DNA of 64,000 nucleotides, taken from an uncultured Flavobacteriales bacterium. GTDB taxonomy: Bacteria > Bacteroidota > Bacteroidia > Flavobacteriales_D > JABDKJ01. The DNA is taken from assembly GCA_964609215.1 (NCBI GenBank), contig CAZSQZ010000009.1, positions 16,394 to 80,393 of the forward strand, written 5' to 3'. A model generated the notes under the pieces. It had not been told where the DNA came from and ran no database searches. It worked only from the letters and a program-made list of their open reading frames with translations. This document shows positions 61,112 to 64,000 of the stretch, in pieces. Numbering within the stretch: position 1 is the stretch's first letter; every line of letters begins with the position of its first letter. The position numbers and the translations under genes are program-made.

Positions 61112-62047
61112 TTGGAATATAACTTAAGTGTCATAATACCAACTTATAATGGAAGGCATCGTATTTCAAAAATATTAGGAGCCTTAGAAAATCAAACACA
61201 GCCTGATTTCGAGACTTTGGTTATGGTAGATGGATCGAGTGATGGAACGCTTGAATATTTAAGCAAAGAAAAATTCAAATTGAAAAACTTAAATGTTCAC
61301 TTTACTGAGAATATTGGAAGAGCTGCAATTAGAAATTTGGGTGCAGAAAAGGCAAGCGGTAACCTGCTAGTTTTTTATGATGATGATATGCTTCCTGAAT
61401 GCAACACAATTGAACTTCATTTAGCACACCATAAGGAATACTTAAATTCCATTTTAGCAGGTGCTCAGATAGATAAATACGAGAGGGATGAAAGCACAGA
61501 TTTTCTCGACTATAAATCTTTGAGATCTGAATTTTGGATGAAAAAATACACTGGGAAATTAAAAATGGGAAGAGATAATCTATTTATTACCGGAGCTCAC
61601 TTTTCCATACCTAAAAATTTGTTTAATGAATTAGGAGGATTTGATAATAGGTTAACGGATGCGGAAGATTGGGATTTTGCGGTGAAGGCATTTCTTGGAA
61701 AAAGCGATATTTATTTAGATCCTGACAACATAGCTTATCATCAAGATTTTATCACTTGCGAAAATTATATCAGAAGAAGAAGAGAATATGTGGTGGCACA
61801 GAAAAGGCTTAATGAACTAAATAAATATGTTTTAGAAAATGGATTCAGTAGATTGCAAGAAGTGAGGGCACCTTTTTTGAAAAAAAGTATAATTTCTATG
61901 GTATCCAATATGACTATGGTTAAATTAATTGATAATGGTTTTTTTAAGACTGTTTTACCAAAAACTATCAGATATAGATTGTATGATCTTGTGATAGTTG
62001 GTCTGGTAAAGATTTTTCCTGACAGGAATATTAGTAAATCTAATTAG
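61112..62047 (+). CDS. glycosyltransferase family 2
   Basis: SVIIPTYNG...MVDGSSDGT...FYDDDM motifs. Confidence 0.7.
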   Translation: MEYNLSVIIPTYNGRHRISKILGALENQTQPDFETLVMVDGSSDGTLEYLSKEKFKLKNLNVHFTENIGRAAIRNLGAEKASGNLLVFYDDDMLPECNTIELHLAHHKEYLNSILAGAQIDKYERDESTDFLDYKSLRSEFWMKKYTGKLKMGRDNLFITGAHFSIPKNLFNELGGFDNRLTDAEDWDFAVKAFLGKSDIYLDPDNIAYHQDFITCENYIRRRREYVVAQKRLNELNKYVLENGFSRLQEVRAPFLKKSIISMVSNMTMVKLIDNGFFKTVLPKTIRYRLYDLVIVGLVKIFPDRNISKSN

Positions 62048-62055
62048 AATAGAAA

Positions 62056-62859
62056 ATGTTCTGTTACTTCGGTCATCCTAAATCCGCTTCTACCTATTTT
62101 GGTAAAATTATGCTTCGTTTTGGAGTAGAGCTAGGGTTTAAACATTTCTACAAACAAATCACTTTACCTGGTAGCCTTGAAAAAATAAACAGCAATTATT
62201 TCGATTTAGTAATTAGCCAAAACTCTAGTTATTCAAAAGTGAATAGCATCAAGCATGATTTCAAGGCATTTCATTTAATTCGAGATCCAAGAGATATATG
62301 TGTTTCTGCTTATTTTTCATATTTAAAAACACATGACATAGATAATTGGACTGAGTTAGCTGATTTACGAAAAACTCTTTCCAAAAAGTCTATAGATGAA
62401 GGATTGTATGATGTAATTGATTTTAATCATCAATTCTTTGAACATATGGGAACATGGGATTTTGGCGATGAAAGAATATTAGAACTTAGATTTGAAAATT
62501 ACATTCTTAATCCTTCAAAAACCATATTTAACATTATGATGTTTTTTGATTTGGTGAAAGAGAGGTCAACTTTGCTAGATGAAATAGTAATTTTCTATAA
62601 TAGATTAGTTTTTAAGTTATTCAGAAGTTCAACATTAGCAATAAGAATTAAAAAATTGTCTAAATCCAGAATTGAAAAAATAATAGAAGAACTCTCCTTT
62701 AAAAATATTACCAAGGACAGGGAAATAGGAGAGGAAAATGTTAATTCGCACTACAGAAAAGGAATTCAGGGAGATTGGAAAAAATTCCTTAAGGAAGAAC
62801 ACTTATCTTACTTTCGATCAAAACATCCAGATTTGCTGTCTAAATTGAACTATGAATAA
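62056..62859 (+). CDS. sulfotransferase domain protein
   Basis: GHPKSASTYF (5'-PSB-like) and IRDPRDICVSAYFS (3'-PB-like). Confidence 0.55.
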   Translation: MFCYFGHPKSASTYFGKIMLRFGVELGFKHFYKQITLPGSLEKINSNYFDLVISQNSSYSKVNSIKHDFKAFHLIRDPRDICVSAYFSYLKTHDIDNWTELADLRKTLSKKSIDEGLYDVIDFNHQFFEHMGTWDFGDERILELRFENYILNPSKTIFNIMMFFDLVKERSTLLDEIVIFYNRLVFKLFRSSTLAIRIKKLSKSRIEKIIEELSFKNITKDREIGEENVNSHYRKGIQGDWKKFLKEEHLSYFRSKHPDLLSKLNYE

Positions 62860-62868
62860 TACTGTTTT

Positions 62869-63987
62869 TTGAAAAGGATAAAACTGACTTATATCATTTC
62901 TAATATTCAAAAATCTCTTGCATTTGAATGGGTTGCAGAAAACTTAGATCACTCTAAATATGAGTTGTCATTTGTTTTCTTGAATTCTGAAAAGTATCCA
63001 ATTCAGGAATATATGGAACATAGGAACATTGAAACTCATTTGATTTTCAATAATGGTAAACGCAGTTACCCATTTATTTTTCTGAAGCTTTTTGCAAGAT
63101 TTCTTTTAAATAGACCAAGCATTGTTCATTGCCATATGTTTGATGCTACTTTGCTTGGTTTGCTGGTAAGCAAATTACTCCATATTAAAAAGCGAATTTA
63201 CACTCGTCACAATGCAACTTTCAATAGGGAGTACTTTCCGAAAATGGTAAAATGGGATAAATTCAATAACAGCTTGGCTACACATGTAGTAGCAATTTCC
63301 AGAAACGTAAAAGAAGTTCTTGAGACTTTGGAGAATGTTCCAAGCAATAAAATAGAACTTATTCCCCATGGTTTTGATTTGGAAAGGTTCAGGAATATTC
63401 CAAATAATGATAAGAATAGAATTTTCAAGAAGTATAATATAGAATCAAATCGGGATTATCCGGTTGTGGGCGTAATTTCTAGATTTTTGCATTTAAAGGG
63501 AATTCAGTATGTTATACCTGCATTCAGATTATTATTGGAAAAAAAACCAAATGCTGTGTTAATACTATGTAATGCAAATGGTCCTTATTCAAATGAAATT
63601 GAAAAACTCTTAAGCAGTTTGCCAGAGAGAAGTTATAGGAAAATCACTTTTGAAGAAGATATCTTTGCGCTCTATTCCATTTTTGATGTATTTCTACATG
63701 TTCCCATCAATGAAAAAATAGAAGCATTTGGACAGACATATGTGGAGGCATTGTCCGCAGGTGTTCCAAGTGTCTTTACCCTTTCTGGAATTGCAGTAGA
63801 GTTCATTGTTGATGAGCAGAATGCTCTGGTTGTCGATTTTAAAGATTCTGGTCAAATTTATTCAGCTATGATTAAGATATTGAATTCCGACAAACTAAGA
63901 GATAAGTTAATCATGGAGGGTTTCAAATCAATCAAACCATATAACTTAACTACTTTTGTTAATCGGCTGCACAAGCTTTATGAATGA
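62869..63987 (+). CDS. glycosyltransferase family 4
   Basis: C-terminal EAFGQTYVEALSAGVPSV (EX7E). Confidence 0.65.
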   Translation: MKRIKLTYIISNIQKSLAFEWVAENLDHSKYELSFVFLNSEKYPIQEYMEHRNIETHLIFNNGKRSYPFIFLKLFARFLLNRPSIVHCHMFDATLLGLLVSKLLHIKKRIYTRHNATFNREYFPKMVKWDKFNNSLATHVVAISRNVKEVLETLENVPSNKIELIPHGFDLERFRNIPNNDKNRIFKKYNIESNRDYPVVGVISRFLHLKGIQYVIPAFRLLLEKKPNAVLILCNANGPYSNEIEKLLSSLPERSYRKITFEEDIFALYSIFDVFLHVPINEKIEAFGQTYVEALSAGVPSVFTLSGIAVEFIVDEQNALVVDFKDSGQIYSAMIKILNSDKLRDKLIMEGFKSIKPYNLTTFVNRLHKLYE

Positions 63988-64000
63988 AGAAGTGAAATTT

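Overview
This is a low-GC chromosomal window that looks like Bacteroidota (Flavobacteriia-like). Supporting signs: many proteins end in T9SS (Por_Secre_tail) C-terminal sorting domains, Rho carries a long N-terminal insertion next to a DUF4293 gene, a TonB-dependent receptor has a CarbopepD_reg N-terminus, and the tRNAs do not encode CCA.

The window has three parts.

1. Positions 1-31300 are housekeeping and envelope genes. They include rho, mpl, truA, ttcA, uvrA, an ECF sigma factor, M23/LysM and M28 peptidases, an SDR, a nitroreductase, a thioredoxin-like protein, a TonB-dependent receptor and several T9SS cargo proteins. One cargo is an agmatine/peptidyl-arginine-deiminase-like enzyme.

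2. Positions ~31450-41150 are an accessory island and the most interesting region. A SPFH/band-7 protein is followed by about 2.5 kb with no protein-coding density that holds a tightly packed array of minus-strand tRNA genes. Eight fold reasonably by eye: Arg-ACG, Phe-GAA, His-GTG, two unusual type-I Leu-anticodon tRNAs, Gln-TTG, Tyr-GTA and Cys-GCA. Several degenerate tRNA-like fragments flank the array. A minimal KxDG RNA ligase sits inside it. Immediately next to the array are two tandem Pol-beta-superfamily nucleotidyltransferases, a hypothetical protein, an RtcB RNA-splicing/repair ligase and a divergently transcribed WYL-domain regulator. I read this as a tRNA-array plus RNA-repair module. 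It may be a tRNA-restoration or anticodon-nuclease counter-defence system, or a mobile-element remnant.

3. Positions 41800-51500 return to core genes (dgkA, rluD-family, a PASTA protein, ddl, rdgB) plus two large T9SS cargos. Positions 51600-64000 are a polysaccharide biosynthesis locus with four glycosyltransferases, three sulfotransferase-domain proteins, two methyltransferases, a GNAT and a fused ABC exporter. That composition suggests a sulfated glycan.

I found no CRISPR array, rRNA, integrase or transposase. The ORF track translates alternative starts (TTG/GTG) as M, so several CDS starts are provisional.
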